Both the position numbers and the translations under genes were made by a program. From NCBI GenBank assembly GCA_944388695.1, contig CALXJT010000002.1, forward strand, positions 104 through 64,103: a stretch of DNA of 64,000 nucleotides. Direction: 5' to 3'. Shown here piece by piece: positions 9,363-19,173 of this stretch. The first letter of the stretch is position 1. Every line of letters starts with the position of its first letter. The notes beneath the pieces are model-generated. The model searched no databases and was not told the origin of the DNA. It was given only the letters and a program-made list of their open reading frames with translations. The DNA is from an uncultured Clostridia bacterium. Its GTDB lineage: Bacteria; Bacillota; Clostridia; TANB77; CAG-508.

Positions 9363-10586
9363 TCAATATTCATCAATGGTATTATTTGAATCGGTCTCAC
9401 CTTGACTTGCTTCATCTTGTTCTGAACCTGGTACTATTCCATTTGTTATGTATGGCATTGGATTAGTTACAACACCATTTATTCTTACTTCAAAATGTGC
9501 ATGTGGTCCTGTTGCATATCCTGTTTGTCCTACTTCTAGAATACTATCCCCTCTTTTTACACTTTGTCCTACTTCTACTAATATTTTATTTCCATGTGCA
9601 TAAAGTGTTGATATTCCTCCACCGTGATCTATTATTACCATATTTCCATATGCCGTATTATACTCGGCTTTTGTTACTATTCCATCATTTGCTGCTATAA
9701 AGTTTGCTCCTAGTGGTGCTCCTATGTCTACTCCTGTATGTAATTTATATTGTCCTGTAATTGGGTGAACTCTCATTCCATATGGTGATGTAATTTTAGT
9801 ATATCCTGGTACTGGCCATGCTAGTTCTCCGCCAATATATTCTGTATCAATTCCTTGTTTTGCTAGCTCTAAAATTTGTTTATTTACTGCTTCATATTGT
9901 GCTGTTATTTCATCTATTTGAGCTTGCTTTTCCTTTTCTTCATCAGATAGTTTTGCTATATATGTCTCTCTTATTACTTTTGTATTTTCTAGTATTTTTG
10001 ATGTTCTTTGCTGTGCTGCAACTAAATCTGATAGTTCTGTTTTTTGATTATCTATCTTTTCTTTTGCAAGTGATATTTCTTTTCTTTTTTCTGATATATC
10101 ATCTAGTAATTCTTTGTCTGCTTCAGCTATTTCTGTAATTACATAATAACTTGAAAGAAATTCAGATAAATTATTTGAATTTAATAAAATATCTAAATAG
10201 TCAACTTCGCCCATTTCATATAAGGCTACTACTCGTTTTTCGAATATTTCTTCTTGCTTTTCATATTTTGTTGTTACTTCGTTTAATTCTGCTTCTACTT
10301 GCTCCATATTTGTTTTTAATTCTTCAACTTGACTATTTAATTTTTGTAATTCTTGTTCTGAATTTGAAATTTTTTCATCTAGTTTTTCTACTTGCTGCAA
10401 ATTTTCTGAAAGTTCACTTCTGGTTTCCTCTAGTTCTTGATTTGCTTCATCTATTTGATTTTTTAAATCACTTTGCTGTGTTTGCAAATCTGTTTGATTT
10501 GCAGAGTCTGTTTCATTTTCTGCATATACATATGTTATTTGCAGACAAATTAGAATGATGAAAACAATACATAATATTTTACGCAT
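9363..10586 (-). CDS. coiled-coil M23 peptidase (EnvC-like), paralogue of 8031-9260
   Basis: Signal peptide, coiled coil, and an M23 domain (HTGVDIGAP…LYAHG…GQTGYATGPHAHFEV). It lies directly downstream of ftsEX. Confidence 0.85.
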   Translation of the reverse strand: MRKILCIVFIILICLQITYVYAENETDSANQTDLQTQQSDLKNQIDEANQELEETRSELSENLQQVEKLDEKISNSEQELQKLNSQVEELKTNMEQVEAELNEVTTKYEKQEEIFEKRVVALYEMGEVDYLDILLNSNNLSEFLSSYYVITEIAEADKELLDDISEKRKEISLAKEKIDNQKTELSDLVAAQQRTSKILENTKVIRETYIAKLSDEEKEKQAQIDEITAQYEAVNKQILELAKQGIDTEYIGGELAWPVPGYTKITSPYGMRVHPITGQYKLHTGVDIGAPLGANFIAANDGIVTKAEYNTAYGNMVIIDHGGGISTLYAHGNKILVEVGQSVKRGDSILEVGQTGYATGPHAHFEVRINGVVTNPMPYITNGIVPGSEQDEASQGETDSNNTIDEY

Positions 10587-10595
10587 GTTTCCTCC

Positions 10596-11516
10596 TTATA
10601 CTTTTAAATATTTTCTCATTGAGATTACACTTCCTAGAACTCCTATTCCAATTCCTAGTATTAGGTATACTACAATCATTGATACTAGCATATCTTGTAA
10701 TGTTACTAGATGTACATTCATTATTTGCATGAAGTTAGCATTTACAATTTGTTCTGCTATTAAATTATATACTCCTCCTACTATTGCAATTGATATTAAG
10801 CTAGATATAAGACCTATTATCATACCTTCTACTATAAATGGCCAACGGATAAATCCATTTGTCGCTCCTACATATTTCATTATTGATATTTCTTTTCTTC
10901 TTGCATGTACTGTAAGTTTTATTGTATTTGAAATTATAAATATAGATATTATTATTAGCAATAGTAAAATTACTCCTGTTACAATTCTTATTCCTTTTGC
11001 TAAATCTAATAATGTTGATACTGTTTCATCACTACTTGTAATTTTTACTACATTTTCTATTTTTGAAATTTGATCTTGTATATCTTTACTTTTTGATAAA
11101 TCTGTTACTGTTACTACATATGATGTTTTAAATTGTTCTGTATCAAAACCATCTAATACTCCTTTTGTGTCTTTTAATCTTTCTCTCATGCTATCTAATG
11201 CTTGTTCTTTTGATACAAACTCTGTTGTATTTACTCCTGGTACATTTCTAATTTCTTCTCCAACTTTATCAATTTCTTCTTGAGTTGCGTCTGTTTCTAT
11301 AAATACTTGAAATCCTTGTTCTGATTTTACTTGGTCAACAAAATGATTAATATTTTCTCCTAATATGAAGAATACTCCAAATATAATCATTGTTGCACAC
11401 ATAATTATTAATGACGCTCCTGTTGATTTTTTGTTTTTGAATACGTTACTAACTCCTTCACCTATTAAATATCCTAATATGTTATATTTCACAATCATAC
11501 CCACCTTTTTTATCAT
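10596..11516 (-). CDS. ftsX: cell division permease-like protein FtsX
   Basis: Four-TM FtsX architecture with a large first extracellular loop and the C-terminal block EISIMKYVGATNGFIRWPF. It overlaps the ftsE stop. An alternative start at 11498 is possible. Confidence 0.88.
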   Translation of the reverse strand: MIKKVGMIVKYNILGYLIGEGVSNVFKNKKSTGASLIIMCATMIIFGVFFILGENINHFVDQVKSEQGFQVFIETDATQEEIDKVGEEIRNVPGVNTTEFVSKEQALDSMRERLKDTKGVLDGFDTEQFKTSYVVTVTDLSKSKDIQDQISKIENVVKITSSDETVSTLLDLAKGIRIVTGVILLLLIIISIFIISNTIKLTVHARRKEISIMKYVGATNGFIRWPFIVEGMIIGLISSLISIAIVGGVYNLIAEQIVNANFMQIMNVHLVTLQDMLVSMIVVYLILGIGIGVLGSVISMRKYLKV

Positions 11517-12168
11517 CTCTTACTATTTCGCCTTTACTAATATGAATTACTCTTTTTTTCATTTTGTCTACTATGTCTTTAGCATGTGTTGCTACAACTA
11601 CTGTTGTTCCTCTCATATTAATATCATTTAATAATGTCATTATATCCCATGCTGTGTCTGGATCCAAGTTTCCTGTTGGCTCATCTGCTATTAACATTGA
11701 TGGATTATTTACTAATGCTCTTGCAAGTGCAACTCTTTGTTGCTCTCCTCCTGATAATTCATGAGGATACATTTTTGCTTTATTACTTAATCCTACTAAT
11801 GAAAGTACCATTGGTACTTGTCTTCTTATATGTCTTGGTGTTGCTCTTACAATATACATTGCATATGCTACATTGTCATATACTGTTTTTTCTGGCAATA
11901 ATCTAAAATCTTGGAACACTACCCCCATGCTTCTTCTTAAATATGGGACTCTATTTGGCTTTAAAAATGTGGTGTCTTTTCCATTTATTATTATATTTCC
12001 TGATGTTGGTTCTTCTTCTTTTAAGATGAGTTTTATTAGTGTTGATTTTCCACTTCCTGATGATCCTACTAAAAATGCAAATTCTCCTTTTTCTATTCTG
12101 AAGTTTGCATTTTTAACTGCTTTTGTACCTGTATCATATGTTTTACTTACATTTCTAAATTCTATCAT
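11482..12168 (-). CDS. ftsE: cell division ATP-binding protein FtsE
   Basis: Walker A GSSGSGKST, ABC signature LSGGEQQRVALARAL and Walker B LIADEPTGNLD. It is 228 aa and lies upstream of ftsX. Confidence 0.92.
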   Translation of the reverse strand: MIEFRNVSKTYDTGTKAVKNANFRIEKGEFAFLVGSSGSGKSTLIKLILKEEEPTSGNIIINGKDTTFLKPNRVPYLRRSMGVVFQDFRLLPEKTVYDNVAYAMYIVRATPRHIRRQVPMVLSLVGLSNKAKMYPHELSGGEQQRVALARALVNNPSMLIADEPTGNLDPDTAWDIMTLLNDINMRGTTVVVATHAKDIVDKMKKRVIHISKGEIVRDDKKGGYDCEI

Positions 12169-12369
12169 TACTTTTTTTCCTTTCAGTATCTCTATATTTT
12201 TTCCTGTTTTGTTATGCTTTTTATTTGCCGTATTTATAATAACAATATTCTACAAATTTTGCAATACTTTTTTATTACTTTTTTAATGGAAATTGTTGGT
12301 TTTTTTCCTGTTTTTAGCCTTTTTCTTCCTTTTTTGTTTTTTTATAAAATTCACGAAAAATTCACATAT

Positions 12370-13290
12370 CTAAATCACTTTTATTATATCTTCTGCTGTA
12401 ATCCCAAAATGTTTCATTAATTCTTTTGCATTTCCTGATTTTCCAAAAGTATCTTTAATTCCTAATCTTATTAATTTAGCAGGAATTTCATCAGTTAATA
12501 CTTCTGAAATTGCAGAACCTAAACCACCTATTATATTATGGTCTTCTATTGATATTAATTTTTTTGTTTCTTTTGCACTTTTTATTATAATTTCTCTGTC
12601 AATTGGTTTTATTGTATGGATATCTACTACTCTTATATTTATTCCTTCTTTAGATAATATTTCTTGAGCTTTTATTGCTTCACTAACTGTTACACCTGTT
12701 GAAAATACAGTTGCATCATTTCCATCTCCAATTTGAATTGCTTTTCCTATCTCAAATTTTTGATTTTCTTCATATATTCTTGGCACTTCCACTCTTGCAA
12801 GTCTTAAGTATACTGGTCCATTTATTTTAGATATTTCTTTTACTGCCCATTTTGTTTCTGTGTCATCACTTGTTGAAATTACTGTCATATTTGGTAATGT
12901 TCTCATTAATGATATGTCTTCTATCATTTGATGTGTTGCTCCATCTTCACCTACTGTAATTCCTGCATGTGTTGCACATATTTTTACATTTAATTTTGGA
13001 TAACATATGCTATTTCTTATTTGATCATATGCTCTTCCTGCAGCAAAAACTGCAAATGTACTTGCATAAGGTATTTTTCCACATGTTGAAATTCCTGCTG
13101 CTGTTGACATCATATTTTGTTCTGCTATTCCCATGTCGAAAAATCTGCTTGGAAATTCTTTTGCAAATAAATTTGTTTTTGTTGCACTTGATAAGTCTGC
13201 ATCAAGAACTACAATATTTTCATTTTCTCTTCCTAATTCTAAAAGTGCCTCTCCATAACTTTGCCTTGTGGCTTTCATCTCACTATTCAT
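12370..13290 (-). CDS. transketolase, C-terminal (pyrimidine-binding) subunit
   Basis: ATRQSYGEALLELGREN…VLDADLSSATKT…FFDMGIAEQNMMSTAAG matches split transketolase subunit B. The start is set at the ATG at 13290, 6 nt after GGAGG. The TTG at 13293 is too close to the RBS. Confidence 0.88.
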   Translation of the reverse strand: MNSEMKATRQSYGEALLELGRENENIVVLDADLSSATKTNLFAKEFPSRFFDMGIAEQNMMSTAAGISTCGKIPYASTFAVFAAGRAYDQIRNSICYPKLNVKICATHAGITVGEDGATHQMIEDISLMRTLPNMTVISTSDDTETKWAVKEISKINGPVYLRLARVEVPRIYEENQKFEIGKAIQIGDGNDATVFSTGVTVSEAIKAQEILSKEGINIRVVDIHTIKPIDREIIIKSAKETKKLISIEDHNIIGGLGSAISEVLTDEIPAKLIRLGIKDTFGKSGNAKELMKHFGITAEDIIKVI

Positions 13291-13308
13291 CAATATCCTC
13301 CTTCTTTT

Positions 13309-13381
13309 TGGTCACTTAGGGACGGGTCCCAATTAACCATTTCACAAAAATGGTTAATTGGGACCCGTCCCTAAGTGACCA
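13309..13381. repeat. perfect long palindrome (31-bp core arms, extendable to 32-34 bp)
   Basis: GGTCACTTAGGGACGGGTCCCAATTAACCAT at 13310-13340 is exactly complementary to 13350-13380. Flanking and loop A:T pairs extend the stem. It is GC-rich relative to its surroundings. Confidence 0.9.
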
Positions 13382-13387
13382 TTTTTG

Positions 13388-14287
13388 CTAATTATTTGTT
13401 ATTACACTTCCGATTATTCCTGCATCATTTCCTAATATTGCTGGAACAATCGCTATTTCTTTTCTTGGATTAAATAGATATCCTTTTTCTATTATGTTCT
13501 TTTTTAACTTTTCTAATAAAATATCGCTAAAAAATACAAAACTTCCTCCAATTCCTATTATTTCTGGTTCAAATATATTTACTATATTTGAAAGTCCTAT
13601 ACTTAAATTTTCTATGTATTCATCAATTATTTTTTTGAATTTTGTATTTTTTTCATTTTTTCTTAATATATCAAGTAATTCCTGCCCTCTTGTATTTTCG
13701 TCCACACCTAATTCTTTTCTTAAATTATCTTTAAATGCTTTCATTGATGCATATTTTTCAAAACATCCTTTTTTTCCACATTTACACTCTAATCCATTTT
13801 TTTGAATTATCATATGTCCGAATTCACATCCAGGTAGGTCTCCAGTATTTAGTAATTTATCATCTATAATAACAGCTCCGCCAATCCCTGTTCCTAATGT
13901 TATAAATACTTCTCTACTATATTTTTTTAATGCTCCATATTTATTTTCTGCTAATGCTGCACATGAGCAATCATTAGCTATTTGAATAGGTATATTTATT
14001 TTTTGTTGTAATCTTTCTACTATTGGATAATTTTTTAATCCTAGATTTACAGATTTTGTTACTACATTATTTGATACAGTCCCTGGTACTGCTATTCCTA
14101 TAAGTGAAATCTCTTGTTTTTTTCTAAAATTCTCTACTTGTTCAAAAATATATTCTTCTATTACATTTTTTATATTTTTCTTATCTTTTGAAAGTAGTCG
14201 CTTTTCTACTTTTTCAACCACATAACCTTTTTCATTTACAATTCCAATTCCTATGTGACTTCCACCTAAATCAATTCCTAATTTCAT
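13388..14287 (-). CDS. glcK: ROK family glucokinase
   Basis: MKLGIDLGGSHIGIGIV (ATPase N-terminus), the ROK Cys/His cluster GCEFGHMII…GLECKCGKKGCFE, and GIGGS near the C-terminus. The start is set at the ATG at 14287 after GAGG. The 50-aa upstream extension runs through a hairpin. Confidence 0.88.
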   Translation of the reverse strand: MKLGIDLGGSHIGIGIVNEKGYVVEKVEKRLLSKDKKNIKNVIEEYIFEQVENFRKKQEISLIGIAVPGTVSNNVVTKSVNLGLKNYPIVERLQQKINIPIQIANDCSCAALAENKYGALKKYSREVFITLGTGIGGAVIIDDKLLNTGDLPGCEFGHMIIQKNGLECKCGKKGCFEKYASMKAFKDNLRKELGVDENTRGQELLDILRKNEKNTKFKKIIDEYIENLSIGLSNIVNIFEPEIIGIGGSFVFFSDILLEKLKKNIIEKGYLFNPRKEIAIVPAILGNDAGIIGSVITNN

Positions 14288-14327
14288 ATTATTACCTCTT
14301 TTTTTTATTTTTAAGAATGAATAACGA

Positions 14328-14360
14328 TCCTTTAATCCCTTTCTAGAAAGGATTAAAGGA
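14328..14360 (-). terminator. hairpin between pilC and glcK (possible terminator or attenuator)
   Basis: TCCTTTAATCCCTTTC-TA-GAAAGGATTAAAGGA forms a stem with one bulge. The downstream region is T-rich but has no clean U-tract. Confidence 0.35.
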
Positions 14361-14388
14361 CCGTTCCTCAATCCCTTGAGCGTCCCTT

Positions 14389-15732
14389 TTATAGATATGC
14401 AGAGAATAAGAAATTTCCCATATAAACTTGTATACATGGTACTAATACAACTAATACGAAGAATATTAGTACTACACCTACTATTGCATATACTACTTGT
14501 GGTAATGCTTTCATTATTTTTGTCATTATATTGTCTATATCGATTTGCATATATTCTACTAATTTTTGCATCATTTCTGATAAGTCTGTTTGCATTCCTA
14601 TTTTTAACATCTCTGTTTCCATTGGTTTTGATAATCCTGATTTTTCAAATGGCTCTATCCATGATGTTCCTACTAATATGTTGTTTATTGATGTTTCTAT
14701 CATTGCTCTCATTACTAAATTTTTAACTACGTTTTTACTTACTTCTAATGCTTCTTGTATTCTCATTCCATTTTGTAAATTTAGAAGCATCGCTTTCATT
14801 AGTCTTGAGAAGTCTAATGCATATATCAATTGTCCAAATAATGGTGCTTTGTATTTAAAATAGTGGAAATTATATTTTCCTTTTGGCGTGTGTACATAGT
14901 ATATTAATACTGCTATTACTGCGAGTACAATTCCTGCTGGTACATACCAATATGTCATTAAGTTATTTACTACTCCTTGGAACCATAATGTTGCTGCAGG
15001 TAATTTCTCTTGTGAACCTAATGATGTATATACGTTTTGAATTGCTGGTATTGCTACTATTGTTCCTACAAATAACATTACTAATAATAGTAAAAATTGT
15101 ACTATATTTGGTATTAATATTGATTTTAATTTTTTGTTTAAAGCATTTGTTTCATCAAGATATTTTACGGCTTGTTGAAGTGAGTTTGTTAATGAACCTG
15201 ATAATTCTCCAACTTTTATCATGTTTATATATATATATGGAAATATATCTGAATAATATTCCATAGTTGTATACATATTTTCTCCGGCTTCAACACCAGC
15301 TAATATATCTTCTAGCACACCTTTGAATATATAGTTTTCTGTACTATCTATTATTGTTCTTAATGCATGGATATTGTTAAAGTTTGCTTTTTTTAGTAGA
15401 TAAAAGTTTTGAGTAAATACAACTATATCTCTTGATGTTATTTTCTTTTGTTTTGCAAAATATGTCCTTACTCTTTGCATTGTTGATATTTCTTTCTTTT
15501 CTTTTACTACTTGTGTTGTATTTAAGTTTTTCATCATATCATCTACTACAGATATATTACGTTTTTGTTTATTTTGCTTTTGTAGTGTTACATATGGGAT
15601 TTTATCTACACTTATAGGTACTAATCCATTTCTTTTTAACATAGATATTAGTGCTTGTTTAGTTGATGCTTCAACTTTATTCCTTACTACAACACCTGTT
15701 CTAGTTAGTGCTTTATAAGTATATACAGCCAT
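14389..15732 (-). CDS. pilC: type IV pilus platform protein PilC (T2SS F family)
   Basis: 447-aa polytopic protein with two repeated F-type halves. It is the last gene of the pilus operon, after pilB and pilT. Confidence 0.8.
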   Translation of the reverse strand: MAVYTYKALTRTGVVVRNKVEASTKQALISMLKRNGLVPISVDKIPYVTLQKQNKQKRNISVVDDMMKNLNTTQVVKEKKEISTMQRVRTYFAKQKKITSRDIVVFTQNFYLLKKANFNNIHALRTIIDSTENYIFKGVLEDILAGVEAGENMYTTMEYYSDIFPYIYINMIKVGELSGSLTNSLQQAVKYLDETNALNKKLKSILIPNIVQFLLLLVMLFVGTIVAIPAIQNVYTSLGSQEKLPAATLWFQGVVNNLMTYWYVPAGIVLAVIAVLIYYVHTPKGKYNFHYFKYKAPLFGQLIYALDFSRLMKAMLLNLQNGMRIQEALEVSKNVVKNLVMRAMIETSINNILVGTSWIEPFEKSGLSKPMETEMLKIGMQTDLSEMMQKLVEYMQIDIDNIMTKIMKALPQVVYAIVGVVLIFFVLVVLVPCIQVYMGNFLFSAYL

Positions 15733-15786
15733 TTTTTCCTCCTTGTAAATTTGTTTTCTTCCATATTGTTATTATTTCCGATTTTT

Positions 15787-16890
15787 TTATATATTATTTT
15801 CTCTTTTAATTTTTAATTGCATTATTGTTCTGTTTAAAATTTCTATATTTTTTTCTTCTATCTGTGCTTTAGCTTGATCTAAAGTAATTTTGTCTTCTAC
15901 AAATAATTTTGCTAGTGAATTGATTAGTCCTATGCTTCCTTTTTCAAGGTTACTTTGTATAGCATCTTCTATTTCTGATACACTTATTTTTTCTTTTCTA
16001 ATAATTCCTGCAACAATGTTATCTACTACCATAACTTCAGGTACTAAAACTAGTTTTCCATCTTTTCCTCTTAATAATCTTTGTGATACAACTAGTTTTA
16101 ATAATGCTGATAATAGATATTTTATACTTGCTTGGTCTCTAACTTCATAGAAGTTTATCATTCTGTCTATTGTTTCAGCACAAGATTTTGTATGTAATGT
16201 TCCTACAACTAAATGTCCTGATTCTGCCATTTCTATAGCTGCTTCCATAGTTACTTTGTCACGAATCTCTCCTATTACTAGTATGTCACAGTCCTCTCTT
16301 AAGGCATTCTTTACACCATCACTAAAATATAAACTGTCTTGTCCTTTTCCTACTTCTTTTTGTACTATTAAACATTTTTTTGAATGATGTCTAAATTCTA
16401 TTGGGTTTTCTAGTGTTAGAATTTTCTTATTTTCATTTTCATTAACATAGTTTATTAATGCATTTAATGTTGTTGTTTTACCAGAGTTCGTTTTACCAGT
16501 TACTAGTATAAGTCCTTGTGGTTGATACATCATTCTTCTTACTATGTCTGGAACTCCTAAATCTTCATATGCTGGTAGTTCATTTTTTATCAATCTCATT
16601 GTACAAATTGGTATATCACATGAATAAGAAATGTTTACCCTGAAACGAATTGTTTTGTATTCATATGATGTATCTAGTTTTCTTGTTTCATTATATACAT
16701 CATCTTTATCTACGTCTCCTCTTACTAGATAATCATACATTTCACTCATATCTTCTGCTGTTAATTCATCAAATTCTTCTATTGGTACTAATTGTCTCGC
16801 AATTCTTAATATTGGCTTATTTCCTGCAACTAAATGTATATCTGATGCATCCTTTTCAATTGCCAAATCTAAAATTCTATCCATGTTCAT
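15787..16890 (-). CDS. pilT: type IV pilus retraction ATPase PilT
   Basis: ASDIHLVAGNKPILR, Walker A GKTNSGKTTTL, ENPIEF, VIGEIRD and GHLVVGTLHT. The 367-aa size is typical of PilT. Confidence 0.88.
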   Translation of the reverse strand: MNMDRILDLAIEKDASDIHLVAGNKPILRIARQLVPIEEFDELTAEDMSEMYDYLVRGDVDKDDVYNETRKLDTSYEYKTIRFRVNISYSCDIPICTMRLIKNELPAYEDLGVPDIVRRMMYQPQGLILVTGKTNSGKTTTLNALINYVNENENKKILTLENPIEFRHHSKKCLIVQKEVGKGQDSLYFSDGVKNALREDCDILVIGEIRDKVTMEAAIEMAESGHLVVGTLHTKSCAETIDRMINFYEVRDQASIKYLLSALLKLVVSQRLLRGKDGKLVLVPEVMVVDNIVAGIIRKEKISVSEIEDAIQSNLEKGSIGLINSLAKLFVEDKITLDQAKAQIEEKNIEILNRTIMQLKIKRENNI

Positions 16891-16973
16891 ATTTTTTTCC
16901 TCCCCAATGCTTTTGTAAATTTTTTATATTTTTAAATTTAAATATTAGATTTATCCTTTTGTATTTTAATTTA

Positions 16974-18605
16974 TTACATAAATAATAACTTATTATTTAA
17001 TTCTTCTAATGTTGTCATTCCTGCAATTACTTTCTTTATTCCATCAACAATAAGTGGTCTATAATTTTGCTTTAATGCAGTTCTTCTTATTTCCATTGTT
17101 GATGCACTATTCATTATTAATTCTTTTACTTCTTCTGTTATGTCTAGTATCTCGAAAACTCCAACCCTGCTATAGTAACCTGTACCATTACATTTTTCAC
17201 ATCCAACTGCATCATATGTTATAGCATTTTTTAGGTCTGCTGTATCTCCATATTTTCCTAATATTTTTTCTATTACTTCTTTTTCTTCTTTTGTAAATGG
17301 TCTTTCTTTTCTACAATGTGGACATATTTTTCTTACAAGTCTTTGTGAAACTGTTGTTGCTAAAATACTTGCTATATCATAGTCCGAAATTCCCATTTTT
17401 CTCAAACGGTTTATAACTTCTATACTGTCTATGGTGTGGATTGTAGATAAAACGTAGTGTCCAGTTTGTCCTGATTGTACTGCTATTTCTGCTGTTTCTA
17501 AATCACGAATCTCTCCTACTAGAATTATATCTGGATCTTGTCTTAAAACTGTTCTTAATGCTCCAGAAAATGTTGTTTTTGGTCCTATCTCTATTTGGTT
17601 TAATCCTGGTATACGAATTTCTACTGGATCCTCAATTGTTGTTATATTTATTTCGGGTCTATTTAGATAATCAATAATACTATATAGTGTTGTTGTTTTT
17701 CCTTCTCCTGTTGGAGCTGCAATTATTGTTATACTGTTTTTCTTGTTAAAACTTTTTCTTAAAGTTTCTTCTGTTCCTGGATAGCCTAATTCAAATATAT
17801 TTCTTATGTTTGCTGTTTTCTTTAAAAGTCTTAAAACAAATTTTTCTCCGTATACATTTGGTTGTGAGGATACACGGATATTGTAATCATCATAAAGTAA
17901 TATACGACCATCTTGTGATTCTTGTTTTTCTTGATGCATATTAGATATTGCTTTTAACCTTCCTACTACTTGTGATTGTTTTTCTTTTGAAATTTTAGCT
18001 GCTGTAAATAATTCACCATCTATACGATATCTTACTTTTATTTCTGTTTCTTGTGGTTCTATGTGGATATCACTTGCTCTTTTTTCCATACCTGTTTTTA
18101 TAATACTATCCACAAGTCCTGTGATTGTTCCTGAAGTCTCTGCTATATTTTCAGATGCTCCCCCTTCTAAAGATGATAAATATGCATCTATATCTTTACT
18201 AAATGTAATATATGGGTCCATTATAAGCCCTTTATTTAATACTAAAAGTCTTATAGTATCCATATTCCTATTATTTATTGTTGTTGGAAAACATATTTTT
18301 ATTTTTCCATTTTCAACTTCTATTGGTACTGCTTTGTTTCTTTTTGCTACATCTAAAGAAAAATAGTCTGTTAAATTTAATTTAACTACATCTCTACTTA
18401 ATATCATTCCTTTTGTACCTAATATTTCGGCAATTGCTTTTATAAGTTTTTCTGGATTACATACTTTTAGTTCATATAATATATCACCTAATTTCATATT
18501 AGGATTACTTCTTTGATAATCTAGTGCTCTATCTATATCTTCTTCTGTAACTACATCCCTTTTTACCAGCTCTACTCCTATTGGTTGTCTTCTTTTTAAT
18601 TCCAT
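16974..18605 (-). CDS. pilB: type IV pilus assembly ATPase PilB (GspE family)
   Basis: Walker A APTGEGKTTTL, EDPVEI, LVGEIRD, GHYVLSTIHT and the tetracysteine motif CPHCRK…CEKCNGTG. An MshEN-like segment is at the N-terminus. Confidence 0.9.
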   Translation of the reverse strand: MELKRRQPIGVELVKRDVVTEEDIDRALDYQRSNPNMKLGDILYELKVCNPEKLIKAIAEILGTKGMILSRDVVKLNLTDYFSLDVAKRNKAVPIEVENGKIKICFPTTINNRNMDTIRLLVLNKGLIMDPYITFSKDIDAYLSSLEGGASENIAETSGTITGLVDSIIKTGMEKRASDIHIEPQETEIKVRYRIDGELFTAAKISKEKQSQVVGRLKAISNMHQEKQESQDGRILLYDDYNIRVSSQPNVYGEKFVLRLLKKTANIRNIFELGYPGTEETLRKSFNKKNSITIIAAPTGEGKTTTLYSIIDYLNRPEINITTIEDPVEIRIPGLNQIEIGPKTTFSGALRTVLRQDPDIILVGEIRDLETAEIAVQSGQTGHYVLSTIHTIDSIEVINRLRKMGISDYDIASILATTVSQRLVRKICPHCRKERPFTKEEKEVIEKILGKYGDTADLKNAITYDAVGCEKCNGTGYYSRVGVFEILDITEEVKELIMNSASTMEIRRTALKQNYRPLIVDGIKKVIAGMTTLEELNNKLLFM

Positions 18606-18701
18606 AATAGTTTATCTCTCCTTTGTCTTATTGTTTACATTATAATTATAATATATTTTTTATTTTTGTTAAATACTTTTTTAGGATTACTATTTATTTC
18701 C

Positions 18702-19172
18702 TTAAACTGTTTTTCTTTCATATATTACGTCTTTTATATTATAGATTATTGCATGATCTCCTGTTCTATCAAAATCTCCAGATTTAAAATCTACATATAT
18801 TGTATATCTTCCATCCTTTAATTCATACATAAATGAACATTTGTCTACATTTTCACATATTTTTGTATCATTCCTATATATTGCTTTTGATTCTTCTGAA
18901 TATGTATATACATTATTTGAAGAAAATGCAATATAATTAGTTTTATCTGGTTTTATTCCAGCACTTATAATTTTATTTCCACTTTTGGCTATTTCTTCTC
19001 CAAAATAACTGTTAAACTGTGTGTATTGCTTCATCGCAATATTACTATCTGTAGTTAATTCTATATTTTTATAGAAATAACCTGTAACTACTGATATTAA
19101 AGCCACCACTATTAACATAGTTATTACATATATAATTAATGATGCTAGTGTAATACCTTTTTCAGATTTCAT
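18702..19172 (-). CDS. minor pilin-like protein (prepilin-type N-terminus, Ser at +5)
   Basis: MKSEKG|ITLASLIIYVITMLIVVALISV has a short basic leader, a Gly, then about 20 hydrophobic residues. Confidence 0.6.
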   Translation of the reverse strand: MKSEKGITLASLIIYVITMLIVVALISVVTGYFYKNIELTTDSNIAMKQYTQFNSYFGEEIAKSGNKIISAGIKPDKTNYIAFSSNNVYTYSEESKAIYRNDTKICENVDKCSFMYELKDGRYTIYVDFKSGDFDRTGDHAIIYNIKDVIYERKTV

Positions 19173-19173
19173 T

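Noticed and set aside
13388-14437. Long form of the glucokinase ORF with a 50-aa N-terminal extension.
   Set aside because: The extension runs through the hairpin at 14328-14360 and overlaps the pilC 3' end. The conserved ROK N-terminus MKLGIDLGG starts at the ATG at 14287, which has its own RBS.
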